NCBI GenBank assembly: GCA_965214625.1
Contig: OZ243962.1
Coordinates: forward strand, 91,326-155,325
DNA length: 64,000 nt
Origin: Candidatus Poriferihabitaceae bacterium
GTDB taxonomy: Bacteria > Pseudomonadota > Gammaproteobacteria > Arenicellales > Poriferihabitantaceae
Direction of reading: 5' to 3'
In this document: positions 1-10,761 of the stretch, in pieces
Position numbering within the stretch: position 1 is the first letter of the stretch
How the letters are laid out: every line of letters begins with the position of its first letter
The notes under the pieces: model-generated
Told to the model about the DNA's origin: nothing
Database searches by the model: none
The model's input: the letters and a program-made list of their open reading frames with translations, nothing else
Position numbers and translations under genes: made by a program

Positions 1-1
1 T

Positions 2-262
2 TCAGTGAGTGATACCGGTATCGGTATTGAGTCGGAAGAAATCCCCCGATTGACCGAGCGCTTTTATCGCATTGATTCAGGCCGCTCCCGTGAGACCGGG
101 GGGACAGGTCTGGGGTTGGCGATTGTCAATCACATTGTTACCCGACATGACGCGGACTTGATCATTGACAGTGAAGTTGGAAAAGGCAGTCGGTTCAATG
201 TTCATTTCCCTAAAGACCGCATCAAGAATAACAACGAGCAAGTCAATTTGTTGTTGAATTGA
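2..262 (+). CDS. phoR: Phosphate regulon sensor kinase PhoR, C-terminal HATPase fragment (truncated by window edge)
   Basis: DTGIGI…RLTERFYRIDSGRSRETGGTGLGLAIV G1/F/G2 boxes; sits directly upstream of pstS. Confidence 0.9.
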   Translation, partial: SVSDTGIGIESEEIPRLTERFYRIDSGRSRETGGTGLGLAIVNHIVTRHDADLIIDSEVGKGSRFNVHFPKDRIKNNNEQVNLLLN

Positions 263-452
263 TGCCGTCACCCGTACGGGGGTTGTCTGGGTTCAAGATG
301 GTCCGGAAGATTCACTGTTCATTGAATCGGTGTTCAACGATCAAGCGGCCAATCCGGATTTGGCACATAACATGCCTTTATTTCGAATGTTGAAAAATTA
401 AATATAAATATCAATATCTTATGCATATATTTTTAATTTTAACTTTAATAAC

Positions 453-492
453 ATGTAATCTAACTGCAATATTTCTTTAATACTCAATTCAT
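453..492 (+). promoter_or_regulatory. Tandem Pho-box-like repeats (PhoB sites)
   Basis: Heptamers ATGTAAT(453), CTGCAAT(464), CTTTAAT(475), AATTCAT(486) at exact 11-bp period with AT-rich spacers; resembles the CTGTCAT-N4 consensus; upstream of pstS. Confidence 0.7.
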
Positions 493-560
493 TAAGTTGA
501 TCTAACTTGGCGTTTCACAATTTTTAATATTTAGTGAGTAATAGAAATATGAATAGAAAT

Positions 561-1598
561 ATGTACAGATACCTCCCGAAATTTTTTGCACTATTGCTTG
601 TTGTCTCCGCTTCGTCGGTCGAAGCACGTAACAACATACAGATTGTGGGTTCGTCCACTGTCTACCCGTTTGCGACAGTGGTCGCTGAAAAATTCGGCAA
701 GACCAGTGACTTTAAAACCCCCATTATCGAATCAACCGGTTCAGGGGGTGGCATGAAATTGTTCTGTAGTGGGGTAGGGGACTCCCATCCGGATTTCACC
801 AATGCATCTCGTCGTATCAAAAAATCCGAGTACGATCAATGTCTGGAAAACGGAGTGTCCGATATTATCGAGGTCAAAATTGGCTATGATGGCATTGTGA
901 TTGGTAATTCACTGGAGGCCGAACAATTGGCGTTGACCCGAAAAGATATTTTTCTGGCTCTGGCCAAAGAGATTCCCAATCCAGATGGTAGTGAGACACT
1001 GGTCGCGAATACCTACCAAACATGGCAGGATGTGAATGCTTCCCTTCCAGCCATCAAAATCGAAGTGCTTGGCCCTCCTCCGACTTCCGGGACACGGGAT
1101 GCCTTTGTCGAATTGGCAATGGAAGGCGGCTGCAAAACATATGACTGGATAAAGGCAATGAAAAAGACGGACAAAAATGCGTATAAGGTCCTGTGCCATA
1201 CCATCCGGGAAGATGGAGCATTTATCGAGACAGGTGAAAATGATAATTTGATTGTACAGAAACTGCGTGAGAACCCTAAGGCACTGGGTGTCTTCGGGTT
1301 CAGTTTTCTTGATCAGAATGCCGATGTGATCCAAGGCTCAAAAGTAGACGGCGTTGCGCCTGAATTCGAGGCAATCGCTGATGGATCCTATCCGGTCTCA
1401 CGCCCGCTTTATTTTTACGGGAAAAAGGCGCATATCGGTATTGTCCCTGGAATTGCCGAATACATGGCGGCGTTTACTGATGAAGCTGCTTTCGGAGAAG
1501 AGGGTTATCTGACGGATAAAGGATTGATTCCGATGCCTGAAGAAGAGCGTGTCAAATTCAGCAACGACGTAAAAAATCTGGTCGCCCTGCAAATGTAA
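561..1598 (+). CDS. pstS: Phosphate ABC transporter substrate-binding protein
   Basis: Signal peptide, then IQIVGSSTVYPF, STGSGGG, GPPPTSGTRD, YPVSRPLY; alternative starts at 534/549. Confidence 0.95.
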   Translation: MYRYLPKFFALLLVVSASSVEARNNIQIVGSSTVYPFATVVAEKFGKTSDFKTPIIESTGSGGGMKLFCSGVGDSHPDFTNASRRIKKSEYDQCLENGVSDIIEVKIGYDGIVIGNSLEAEQLALTRKDIFLALAKEIPNPDGSETLVANTYQTWQDVNASLPAIKIEVLGPPPTSGTRDAFVELAMEGGCKTYDWIKAMKKTDKNAYKVLCHTIREDGAFIETGENDNLIVQKLRENPKALGVFGFSFLDQNADVIQGSKVDGVAPEFEAIADGSYPVSRPLYFYGKKAHIGIVPGIAEYMAAFTDEAAFGEEGYLTDKGLIPMPEEERVKFSNDVKNLVALQM

Positions 1599-1626
1599 AT
1601 TTTTCTCACCGTTGATTTGGGAATGG

Positions 1627-1660
1627 ACCGGCTTTCACCTTTGGCAGGTCGAGGCCGGTC
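1627..1660 (+). terminator. Hairpin after pstS (mRNA stabiliser or weak terminator)
   Basis: GACCGGCT…GGCCGGTC stem followed by GTTTGTTATT. Confidence 0.5.
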
Positions 1661-1858
1661 GTTTGTTATTGTCATTTTCGGTGTCATTTAGTCTGGTGAA
1701 TATCCTGAATTTTGACGTAAGATGTTCTTCATTTGACGGGTTTCGCACTGTGTGGTTGGGTAAAACGGGACTGTAAAGCAAAAGGTGTGACAAAAGATGC
1801 CAGCTGGTCATGACAAATCGATTCAGATGATAACCGCCGATAACGATAAAATATAACG

Positions 1859-2863
1859 ATGGAAATTCTGGTCCTGTTATTTGTTCTTTTTATCCTGTCG
1901 CCGTGTCTGTTGATTATTGCGTTAAATCTTTGCAAACGTAATCGTATCTTGAGAAATAAGATCGAATCGGTCATCCGATTTTTTCTCATTTCCTGTGCCT
2001 GTTTGGCCATCTTTACGACCGTCGGTATCGTTTTGTCTGTGCTGTTCGAGTCGGTGCGTTTTTTCAAGGTAATTCCTATCACTGACTTCCTGTTTGGCCT
2101 GGAGTGGTCGCCGCAAACAGCAATCAGAAGTGACCAGGTCGGATCGTCAGGGGCTTTCGGTGCCGTTCCACTATTTGCCGGTACATTTCTGATTACCATT
2201 ATCGCCATGTTGATCGCGGTACCGTTCGGGCTGATGTCGGCCATCTATCTGTCTGAATACGCCAATCATCGGATTCGCACGATTGGAAAACCGCTGTTGG
2301 AAATATTGGCGGGCATTCCAACCGTCGTATATGGATTTTTTGCAGCGCTCACCGTTGCACCGATGATTCGTCGAAGTCTCGAGTCTTTTGGATTGTCGGT
2401 TTCAAGCGAAAGTGCACTCGCAGCCGGGGTTGTGATGGGAATCATGATATTGCCCTTTGTGTCCTCCTTATCCGATGACGTGATCAATGCAGTGCCACAA
2501 TCACTGAGGGACGGTTCTTACGGACTCGGGGCAACCCAATCTGAAACGATTAAAAGAGTGATACTTCCCGCTGCGTTACCGGGTATTGTTGGCAGTATCC
2601 TGTTGGCGGTTTCCAGGGCGATTGGGGAAACCATGATCGTTGTGATGGCCGCCGGACTGTCCGCCAATCTGACAGCGAATCCGTTCGAGTCGGTGACCAC
2701 CGTCACTGTTCAGATTGTGACCTTACTGATTGGAGACCAGGAATTCGACAGTCCGAAAACACTGGCCGCTTTTGCGCTTGGGTTGACACTATTTGTCATT
2801 ACACTGGTTTTGAATGTCATTGCGCTTAAAGTCGTGCAGAAATTCAAGGAGCAATACGAATGA
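1859..2863 (+). CDS. pstC: Phosphate ABC transporter permease PstC
   Basis: LEILAGIPTVVYGFF, EAA-like loop SLRDGSYGLGAT, SRAIGETM; ATGA overlap with pstA. Confidence 0.95.
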   Translation: MEILVLLFVLFILSPCLLIIALNLCKRNRILRNKIESVIRFFLISCACLAIFTTVGIVLSVLFESVRFFKVIPITDFLFGLEWSPQTAIRSDQVGSSGAFGAVPLFAGTFLITIIAMLIAVPFGLMSAIYLSEYANHRIRTIGKPLLEILAGIPTVVYGFFAALTVAPMIRRSLESFGLSVSSESALAAGVVMGIMILPFVSSLSDDVINAVPQSLRDGSYGLGATQSETIKRVILPAALPGIVGSILLAVSRAIGETMIVVMAAGLSANLTANPFESVTTVTVQIVTLLIGDQEFDSPKTLAAFALGLTLFVITLVLNVIALKVVQKFKEQYE

Positions 2864-4128
2864 ATACGGCTGAAATTATTCAATTGAGTATTGCCAAGCG
2901 CTATCGCCAGGAGCGTCGGTTTCGCTTATATGGATTATCCGCAATCATTTTAGGGATTATCTTCTTGTTTTTTCTGCTCTTTATAACGGTATCGAATGGT
3001 TATACCGCGCTACAGCAGACGTATGTTGCGCTTGACATCACCCTCAGTGAAGCGGATTTTGATGGTGATGTCCGTGACGAATCACTGAAATCAGCCAATT
3101 ATGGTGCAATGATCAAAAGGACATTGCGCGAAGACTTTCCTCACGTCTCCAAACGACGGGAAAAGAAAGCACTCTACAAGATTGTGAGCGGGGGTGCCGA
3201 ATACAGTCTGAGGCAGTCTGTCATAGACGATCCAGACCTGATTGGCAAGACAACACGGTTCTGGTTGCTGGCTGATGATGAGGTGGATATGTTGATAAAG
3301 GGAAAAATCAAAAGGGAAACACCGGAAAAATTCCGACCCCTGAAAAATAATACGATCAGTTGGGTGGACCAGTTGTCGGAGCAGGGGAGGGTTGAGAAAC
3401 GCTTTAATATCCCTTTCTTTAACGCGGGTGATTCACGGGAACCTGAGCAGGCAGGCATTCGCGGCGCTGTGATGGGTTCGTTTTTTACCATCCTTGTCAC
3501 CATGCTGCTTGCCTTTCCGATCGGCGTCGCAGCCGCAATCTATTTGCAGGAATTTGCGCCCAAAAATAAAATCACCAATTTAATCGAGGTCAACATCAAT
3601 AATTTAGCTGCGGTTCCCTCGATTATTTTTGGACTATTGGGTTTGGCAATCTTCATCAATTTTTTTGGATTACCCCGGTCAATCCCTCTGGTCGGGGGGA
3701 TGGTCCTGGCATTAATGACGCTGCCTACCATCATCATTTCAAGCAGGGGGGCGTTGGCTGCGGTTCCGCCAAGTATCCGTGAAGCCGCGTTGGGTGTTGG
3801 CGCCTCGCCCATTCAGACTATCTTGCATCATGTTTTACCTTTGGCAATGCCAGGGATGTTGACAGGGACCATTATCGGACTGGCCCAGGCCTTGGGAGAA
3901 ACAGCACCACTACTCGTTATTGGTATGGTGGCCTTCATTGTTGATATTCCGTCAGGACCGATGGATCCCGGAACGGTATTGCCTGTGCAGATATATTTGT
4001 GGTCAGACAGTCCAGAGCGTGCATTCGTGGAAAGAACCTCCGCAGCAATTATGATACTTTTAGTCTTTCTGGTCGCGATTAATGGATTGATTGTTTTGCT
4101 CAGGAAAAAACTGGAACGACGTTGGTAA
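2860..4128 (+). CDS. pstA: Phosphate ABC transporter permease PstA (with DUF3333-type periplasmic region)
   Basis: [43 protein letters not shown]. Confidence 0.95.
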   Translation: MNTAEIIQLSIAKRYRQERRFRLYGLSAIILGIIFLFFLLFITVSNGYTALQQTYVALDITLSEADFDGDVRDESLKSANYGAMIKRTLREDFPHVSKRREKKALYKIVSGGAEYSLRQSVIDDPDLIGKTTRFWLLADDEVDMLIKGKIKRETPEKFRPLKNNTISWVDQLSEQGRVEKRFNIPFFNAGDSREPEQAGIRGAVMGSFFTILVTMLLAFPIGVAAAIYLQEFAPKNKITNLIEVNINNLAAVPSIIFGLLGLAIFINFFGLPRSIPLVGGMVLALMTLPTIIISSRGALAAVPPSIREAALGVGASPIQTILHHVLPLAMPGMLTGTIIGLAQALGETAPLLVIGMVAFIVDIPSGPMDPGTVLPVQIYLWSDSPERAFVERTSAAIMILLVFLVAINGLIVLLRKKLERRW

Positions 4129-4147
4129 TTTAGGCTGGAAAATCAAT

Positions 4148-5023
4148 ATGAGCCCATCACTTTCCGAAAAACCAATGCCTGATTTCTTGACGGGGCAAAA
4201 ATCAAAGACTGATCTGGACCCGCTGACGGACCCCAACTTCCAGACGGTCGGCGAAAGTCGGGTCAACAATCCCTCGATGACCTGTCGGGATGTCAATGTT
4301 TTTTATAGTGACAAACAGGCCATAGCCGATGTTTCACTGGACATTGGGCGCAATGAGGTAATTGCGATGATTGGCCCTTCCGGGTGTGGCAAATCGACTT
4401 TTTTACGCTGCTTGAATAGGATGAATGACACGATTGATATCTGTCGAGTCGAGGGTGAAATTACATTGGAAGGAAAAAATATCTATGACAAGGAAATGGA
4501 TATTGTCTTTCTGCGAGCAAGGGTAGGGATGGTCTTTCAAAAACCGAATCCGTTTCCAAAATCACTCTATGACAACGTGGCCTACGGCGTCAGGCTGCAT
4601 GGATTGGCGAACAATAAATCCGAATTGGACGATATCGTTGAATCCAGTCTCAAAAAAGCAGGGCTTTGGCGTGAGGTCAGTGACCGACTCGATAAACCAG
4701 GGACAGGCCTGTCTGGTGGACAGCAACAGCGTTTGTGTATTGCAAGGGCGATCGCTATCCGCCCGGAAGTGATTCTCATGGATGAGCCCTGTTCAGCTCT
4801 GGACCCGATCGCAACAGCGGTGATCGAAGAATTGATTGATGACCTTCGTCAGCAATATTCAATCTGTATCGTCACCCATTCGATGCAACAAGCAGCGAGA
4901 GTGTCGCAACGGACGGCTTATTTCCATTTGGGCAAGCTGATCGAAATTGGTTCCACAAGCGACATGTTTACCAATCCGACGCACCCGCTCACTGAAGGCT
5001 ACATTACAGGAAGATTCGGATAA
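4148..5023 (+). CDS. pstB: Phosphate ABC transporter ATPase
   Basis: [44 protein letters not shown]; start placed at ATG 4148. Confidence 0.95.
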   Translation: MSPSLSEKPMPDFLTGQKSKTDLDPLTDPNFQTVGESRVNNPSMTCRDVNVFYSDKQAIADVSLDIGRNEVIAMIGPSGCGKSTFLRCLNRMNDTIDICRVEGEITLEGKNIYDKEMDIVFLRARVGMVFQKPNPFPKSLYDNVAYGVRLHGLANNKSELDDIVESSLKKAGLWREVSDRLDKPGTGLSGGQQQRLCIARAIAIRPEVILMDEPCSALDPIATAVIEELIDDLRQQYSICIVTHSMQQAARVSQRTAYFHLGKLIEIGSTSDMFTNPTHPLTEGYITGRFG

Positions 5024-5051
5024 ACGTATATCTCAACAGGTTACTACAGTT

Positions 5052-5798
5052 ATGACAATCCAGGGTGAAGGGCATATTTTTAAGCGATTTGACAATGAAA
5101 TGAACCAACTCCATGGCTTGGTTTTGGAAATGGGGGAATTTGCACAAAAACAATTGCTGGATGCCAAGCAGACACTTGAAACGGGTGACTCGATCATGGC
5201 AAGAAAGGTGATCGAAAATGACAACAAACTCAATGCGCTGGATGTCCAGGCAGACAATACAATCATTAGTCTGATTGCCCGCAGACAACCCGTTGCAAAA
5301 GATTTGAGGGAAATTATCGCAGTTGGAAAAATTGTGGCTGATCTAGAACGTGCCGGAGATGAAGCACGTAAAATAGCCGGGATGACAATTCGCTTTTTTG
5401 AAATCGCAGATCATCCACCTAGCAAGGAAATTCTCGAAGACATTCATACCTTGTCAGAATTTGTCGTCAAGATGCTCAATACCAGCATGAAATCCTTTGA
5501 CAAACTGGATCTGTCGATCGCAACCGGGGTGTGGAATGACAGCTTGAAGCTGGAGAGTCTGCTTCAATCGGTAATACGACGGCTCAGTACGTTTATCATG
5601 GAAGATTCGCGTAATATTGGACATTTTGTCGATATCGTGCTTGGGGTTCGTGCTTTGGAACGATTTGGTGGGCATGCAAAGAATATTGCCGGACATATCG
5701 TTTTTATCAAAAGCGGGGAAGATGTGCGTCACCAGGAACTTGATGACATCTTGCCACATATACTGTCAGAAGAACCGGGTTCGTCTACTGACAGTTAA
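5052..5798 (+). CDS. phoU: Phosphate signalling protein PhoU
   Basis: LIARRQPVAKDLR, DLERAGDEA, ALERFGGHAKNIA, GEDVRH; last gene of the pst operon. Confidence 0.93.
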   Translation: MTIQGEGHIFKRFDNEMNQLHGLVLEMGEFAQKQLLDAKQTLETGDSIMARKVIENDNKLNALDVQADNTIISLIARRQPVAKDLREIIAVGKIVADLERAGDEARKIAGMTIRFFEIADHPPSKEILEDIHTLSEFVVKMLNTSMKSFDKLDLSIATGVWNDSLKLESLLQSVIRRLSTFIMEDSRNIGHFVDIVLGVRALERFGGHAKNIAGHIVFIKSGEDVRHQELDDILPHILSEEPGSSTDS

Positions 5799-5956
5799 CA
5801 TGCGACGTGTGCCGCAGCTCGACACATGATGCCGATACCGTATCTCGTTGCTGGGCAATATCGTTCCCTGGACTGACCAGCGTCAAGTCGAGCAGACTCT
5901 CATGATCTTTGATAGAGATATTTGTGGAGGGACTGGGTAAGCGCTTATTCGGATGT

Positions 5957-7009
5957 TCACTGTTGACGCATCGCTTTGCCCGCAAGCAGGTACATAATGA
6001 TGTAAACGATGACCCGATACATGACAGGTGAACCGGGTGGTATACAAATAAATGAAAATCCATTCACACCGCGCAAGCCCAATTCATGGGCGATGCGTAT
6101 ACACTCATAGTCGGTCATACCGATAGGTTCAGCCAGTTCTCCGAGGATATCGCCCGGTGCCGGGCCGGCTCCGCCGAGTACATCCATATCAAAATGACCA
6201 TAAATCGCCTTGGTTCCGTTATACGCATGATCCAGTCCTTTGCACACTGCTTCAATACCTTGTCTGCGGACATCCCAGCCGGAATAAAATGCAGCACCGC
6301 GTTCGATCAACTCTTCAACCACATCGGGGGCTTCGAGCATGCCACGAGGACCAATTTCGACCAGATTTCGGGCATGGATATTGTCGTGAAACTCGATGGT
6401 TTTGTATAACCAGCAAAATCCGCCCGCGATTCGTGGATCCCTTGTTTGTGGACACTCGCGGAAAATATCCCAGTGCGTATCGAGACTGACAATGCCGACA
6501 TTACCTTCGGTGTGTTCAGCCACGCATTTTGCAATGGCATAGGAACTGCAAGGCGAGTTTTGGCCAATCACGATGGGAAGGGCGCCAACATCCAAAGCGT
6601 CGTTGACTTTTGATTCCACGGCCGCCTGGGCCTGAAGAATCAATTCAGGATCGAGTTTACCAACATTTGCTTCCGGTGGAATATCCGCATCACCATAATC
6701 AACAAGTCTGAGGTAATCAAACACATTCAGTCGAAAATCCTGAACATATCCTGATTGATAACGGATGGATTGTTGGCGAACCCGTTTCGGAGCAGCTAAC
6801 CAGTGCTCCTTGGCAATGCCGGCCCATTCATCCGATGAACTGGAAACATACGGACTACCGATGATTACTACATCCGCGCCCACCAGGTTTTCCTTGGTTT
6901 TTGCATGCGGCTGGGCCAGGAAAGTGGGTGTTTCATCATCGATCATCGGAAAGTTACGTTCTGCCGCCCACATGCTTTCCCGGGTCTCTTTCCAATCTGG
7001 ATATTTCAT
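5957..7009 (-). CDS. Arginase/agmatinase-family (ureohydrolase) protein with atypical metal site
   Basis: APKRVRQQS, VDYGDAD, LDTHWD, VEIGPRG, HFDMDVL; GAGGA RBS upstream of ATG 7009. Confidence 0.8.
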   Translation of the reverse strand: MKYPDWKETRESMWAAERNFPMIDDETPTFLAQPHAKTKENLVGADVVIIGSPYVSSSSDEWAGIAKEHWLAAPKRVRQQSIRYQSGYVQDFRLNVFDYLRLVDYGDADIPPEANVGKLDPELILQAQAAVESKVNDALDVGALPIVIGQNSPCSSYAIAKCVAEHTEGNVGIVSLDTHWDIFRECPQTRDPRIAGGFCWLYKTIEFHDNIHARNLVEIGPRGMLEAPDVVEELIERGAAFYSGWDVRRQGIEAVCKGLDHAYNGTKAIYGHFDMDVLGGAGPAPGDILGELAEPIGMTDYECIRIAHELGLRGVNGFSFICIPPGSPVMYRVIVYIIMYLLAGKAMRQQ

Positions 7010-7137
7010 TTTGTTTCCTCTCAACTGAATAATTTTAATTGGAATGCCGTCTTCTTTGGGATCAAAAGGCGAGAGGGGTGAATAATCCCGCAAGCGCTCT
7101 GTCAACTGAATCAAGTCAGAGTGCTACAATCCATATA

Positions 7138-7165
7138 ACTTTACATAATATACATTATACGAAGT
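7138..7165 (-). other. dif: Chromosome dimer resolution site dif (XerC/XerD)
   Basis: Minus strand ACTTCGTATAA-TGTATA-TTATGTAAAGT: 11-6-11 layout, central hexamer identical to E. coli dif; intergenic; flanked by converging KOPS. Confidence 0.92.
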
Positions 7166-7272
7166 ATTACTTGTTGCGCAAAAATAACCAGATTCCAAAG
7201 AAATATGAGCTAAAATATATTTTTAATACAGCATGTTACAGTCTATTCCGAAAATAAATGGAGAAAGACACA

Positions 7273-8226
7273 TTAGTCGCCATTTTCATTTTCAATATTT
7301 TTTAAATGTGCAAATCGATTTTGCGCTTCAATGAAGATGCGCGCGATCTCAGGATGTTTTTTCTTGATTTGCATTTCCAGTTGTGTAATGGTTTTTTCCA
7401 CCTCACCCGCATTGATATAGTCGTAATCGTGAAAATCCAGACTGATGTTTAAAAGGACATCTTCCGGTCCCATGTGCATGGTCAGGATTTCGTTAATCGT
7501 CAATATCTCTGGTTTCCCATTTACAATCTCGCGAATACTGGCAACAACTTCTCGACTCGCCGCCTCGCCAATCAGTAATCCCTTGCTTTCATATGCCAGC
7601 AGCATTGCCGTAAGGCTCAGGATCAATCCGATAACGATGGAGGCTAATGCGTCATAGACCGGATTACCGGTCCACTGTGTCAGCAATAGACCGATAAAAG
7701 CAGCCATCAGTCCCAACATTGCGGCGCTATCTTCAAATAACACGGTAAAAACCGTCGGATCCTTGCTCAGCTGCACGGCCTTCAGATAGCCGAGCTTGCC
7801 CTTTCGCTTGCGAAATTCCCTGAATGCAACACTCCAGGCCCAGCCTTCGAATATGACTGCAAATCCCAAAACCAGGTAGTTGATATGAATATACTTGACT
7901 TCTTTCGGGTGGTTTAATTTACTGAACCCCTCATACAGCGACACTCCGGCTCCAATGGCAAAAATCAGGATTGCGACCACAAATGTCCAGAAATACAGTT
8001 CCATGCCGTATCCAAACGGATGACGCTCATCAGCTGGCCTCGATGATCTCCTGATCCCCCAAAGCAACAAGCCCTGATTACCCGTATCGACAATGGAATG
8101 CACGGCTTCACTCAACATTGCAGAACTTCCGGTAATTGCAGAGGCGATCATTTTGGTGATCGCGATCAAACCATTGCCGATCATGGCCGCTATGACCACC
8201 CATTTCGAGCCGGACTTGCGTTTCAA
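7273..8226 (-). CDS. Cation diffusion facilitator family transporter
   Basis: SSAMLSEAVHSIVD, HPFGYG, VLFEDSAA, C-terminal dimerisation domain; TTG start. Confidence 0.9.
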   Translation of the reverse strand: MKRKSGSKWVVIAAMIGNGLIAITKMIASAITGSSAMLSEAVHSIVDTGNQGLLLWGIRRSSRPADERHPFGYGMELYFWTFVVAILIFAIGAGVSLYEGFSKLNHPKEVKYIHINYLVLGFAVIFEGWAWSVAFREFRKRKGKLGYLKAVQLSKDPTVFTVLFEDSAAMLGLMAAFIGLLLTQWTGNPVYDALASIVIGLILSLTAMLLAYESKGLLIGEAASREVVASIREIVNGKPEILTINEILTMHMGPEDVLLNISLDFHDYDYINAGEVEKTITQLEMQIKKKHPEIARIFIEAQNRFAHLKNIENENGD

Positions 8227-8328
8227 CGTTCGAATTGCATTGTAATGCAGCGGTTCCTTGCTGCAATGATGGCGGTGCTCAAGATGATACAGCGTTTTAT
8301 ATTGCGGGTTTTTCGGTTTACCGATTGA

Positions 8329-9036
8329 TCAGATTCCAAGATAAGCCTTTTTAACGTGTTCATTGTCTGAAAGGAAAGCAGCGGTTCCTTCCAGGGAAAT
8401 TTTACCCGTTTCCAACACGTAACCATAATCCGCCAGTTTAAGGGCAAGATCAGCGTTTTGTTCTACCAGTATCACGGTTACGCCCTGTTGGTTGATTTCA
8501 CGGAGAAATTCACCTATTTCCTGCACAATAATGGGCGCGAGACCCAACGATGGTTCATCCAGCAACAACACCCGTGGCCTCGACATGAGTGCACGACCGA
8601 TGGCCAACATTTGTTGCTCTCCCCCGCTCAAGGTACGGGCATGCTGGTTTTTTCGTTCAACGAGTCGGGGAAAACGGGAAAATACATTTTCCAGTTCTTC
8701 ATTGATTCTGGACTTGTCATGATGAATATAGGCGCCCAAAAGCAGATTTTCAAGAACGCTCAAATCTTTAAAAATACGGCGCCCTTCCGGAACATGGGCG
8801 ACACCCATTCGCACGATCTGATCAACCCCCATCCGGTCAATTCGTTCTCCATTCAGTCTGATTATTCCACTGTTTGGTCTAATCAACCCTGATATGGCTC
8901 GCAACGTTGTACTTTTTCCCGCACCATTGGAACCGATCAACGTAATGAATGTACCGTCATCAACATCAAAACTGACACCTTTGAGTGCGGTCACATTATT
9001 GTATTTGACCGCCAGGTCCTGTATGGACAATTTCAT
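8329..9036 (-). CDS. HAAT/Liv-type ABC transporter ATPase (LivF-like)
   Basis: GSNGAGKST, VPEGRRIF, LSGGEQQML, LDEPSLGLAP. Confidence 0.92.
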   Translation of the reverse strand: MKLSIQDLAVKYNNVTALKGVSFDVDDGTFITLIGSNGAGKSTTLRAISGLIRPNSGIIRLNGERIDRMGVDQIVRMGVAHVPEGRRIFKDLSVLENLLLGAYIHHDKSRINEELENVFSRFPRLVERKNQHARTLSGGEQQMLAIGRALMSRPRVLLLDEPSLGLAPIIVQEIGEFLREINQQGVTVILVEQNADLALKLADYGYVLETGKISLEGTAAFLSDNEHVKKAYLGI

Positions 9037-9042
9037 TCGGTT

Positions 9043-9795
9043 TTACCCGCTCCCAAGGTAGGCATTGATAACATCGGGATTGTTTCTGACCTGTTCCGGA
9101 GTTCCCTGAGACAGTACGGCGCCAAAGTTCAATACGGTGAGTTGATCACATAACCCCATAACCGCTTTCATGTCATGTTCAACCAGGACAACAGTCACAC
9201 CGGATTCACACACCTTGCGCGTCAGTTGCATCATACGCCCGGTTTCTTCCGGATTCATCCCGGCAAAGGGTTCATCCATCAGTATCAGTTGGGGCTTCGA
9301 CATCAGCGCTATGGCAATTGCCAGGGTGCGCTGGGAGCCTAACGGAAGTTCTGATGCCAGTTGATGTTTGCGTTCGGCAAGTCCCATAAAATTGAGCATT
9401 CGCATTGTGGACCGGACAGTCTCGTTCTGCTGCGCCCGGTCAAGTCCCAATATGGCTGAAATCACATTGGTCTTCATGTGATTGTGGGTACCGACCAGGA
9501 CATTATCAAACACACTGAGTTCCTGGAACAAGGTGGACTCCTGAAATGTGCGTACGATGCCCAATTTTGAAATGTTCGAGGGCTTGCGTCCTTTTATACT
9601 GAGACCGTTGAACAGAATGTCACCGCTAGATGGAACATGAAATCCGGAAATATTTTTGAACAGGGTACTCTTGCCCGCTCCGTTGGGTCCAATGAGGCCA
9701 TGTATGTGATTCGCCGACACCGTAAAGCTGACATTGTCCAATGCTGTCAGGCCCCCAAATTTCTTGGTCAGGTTTCTGATCTCAAGAATCGGCAT
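9043..9795 (-). CDS. HAAT/Liv-type ABC transporter ATPase (LivG-like)
   Basis: KFGGLTAL, GPNGAGKST, RTFQ, DEPFAGMN, VEHDM, AYLG. Confidence 0.92.
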   Translation of the reverse strand: MPILEIRNLTKKFGGLTALDNVSFTVSANHIHGLIGPNGAGKSTLFKNISGFHVPSSGDILFNGLSIKGRKPSNISKLGIVRTFQESTLFQELSVFDNVLVGTHNHMKTNVISAILGLDRAQQNETVRSTMRMLNFMGLAERKHQLASELPLGSQRTLAIAIALMSKPQLILMDEPFAGMNPEETGRMMQLTRKVCESGVTVVLVEHDMKAVMGLCDQLTVLNFGAVLSQGTPEQVRNNPDVINAYLGSG

Positions 9796-10760
9796 CAGAT
9801 TTTTCCGAACCGTCTTTTTCCCTGTCTGAAATGAGTCCTCATTTTTTGTGGCAAACTTTCCAGTCCGGCAGGTAAAAACAGGATGGAAACAATCAACAAG
9901 CCTCCATAGATCGCCGGGCGGAGTTCATCAAACTCTCTGAATGCCTCATCCAGAATCGACAACACGACAGCACCCAAGATCGCACCATAAAAGGTTCGGT
10001 AGCCCCCCACAATCACCCAGATCAGGATAAATACCATAAAACCGATATCAAACTGTTTCGGCGTGACCGTACCAATATAGTGAACTTTCAGCGCACCGGC
10101 AATCCCAACAAATAATGAGCCGATGATAAAGGCCAATGAACGATAGTTCCAAGTATTCACCCCCACTGATTCTGCCAACGGTGCTTTCCAGTGAACAGCA
10201 TTCAGGATTAGGCCAATTCGGGATATTTCAATACGATACAGCACCAACAGGCACAAAGAAACAATAATCAGCGTCAGATAAAGATAAGGAATGGGCTCCA
10301 GAAAATCAATATTCATCAGTTCAGGCGACGGAATACCACTGATTCCCCCAGTCCCGCCAAAGGGTTGAATGAAATGAATCCAGCAAAGTCGAATGGCCTC
10401 TCCGGCAGCAAACGAACCAATCAGGAAATAAAACTGGGTCATCCGAAATAAAGGAAAACACAACAATGCAGCAATCACCGCTGCCGTTATCCCTGCAATC
10501 GGCAAGCCAAGCCAGAATGGAAGTCCCAGATTCTTGGTCACAAGGGCGCTGGAATAGGCCCCGATTCCCATCATCACGGCATGGATCAAAGACCATTCTC
10601 CGGTCAGGGTGACCAGTCGGTAACTGACGACTACCAGGATGTTAATCACCAGAAAAATCATGAAATCCTGATGGTGATATTTAAGAAAGTGCGGCAGGAT
10701 GACTAGGATGAGCAGTATTCCGGCAACCCACCCCCATAATCTGAAACTGGCGGTGGTCAT
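9795..10760 (-). CDS. HAAT/Liv-type ABC permease (LivM-like)
   Basis: Polytopic membrane protein, AESVGVN, VIVGG; operon context. Confidence 0.88.
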   Translation of the reverse strand: MTTASFRLWGWVAGILLILVILPHFLKYHHQDFMIFLVINILVVVSYRLVTLTGEWSLIHAVMMGIGAYSSALVTKNLGLPFWLGLPIAGITAAVIAALLCFPLFRMTQFYFLIGSFAAGEAIRLCWIHFIQPFGGTGGISGIPSPELMNIDFLEPIPYLYLTLIIVSLCLLVLYRIEISRIGLILNAVHWKAPLAESVGVNTWNYRSLAFIIGSLFVGIAGALKVHYIGTVTPKQFDIGFMVFILIWVIVGGYRTFYGAILGAVVLSILDEAFREFDELRPAIYGGLLIVSILFLPAGLESLPQKMRTHFRQGKRRFGKI

Positions 10761-10761
10761 G

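Noticed and set aside
361-375. Sigma54-like TGGCAC-N5-ATGC upstream of pstS
   Set aside because: Imperfect -12 element, the IHF-like site lies downstream of it, and Pho boxes explain the regulation
7135-7168. Strong resemblance to loxP (27/34 positions)
   Set aside because: Better explained as dif: 11-6-11 layout, TGTATA core, KOPS convergence; no Cre-like gene or second site
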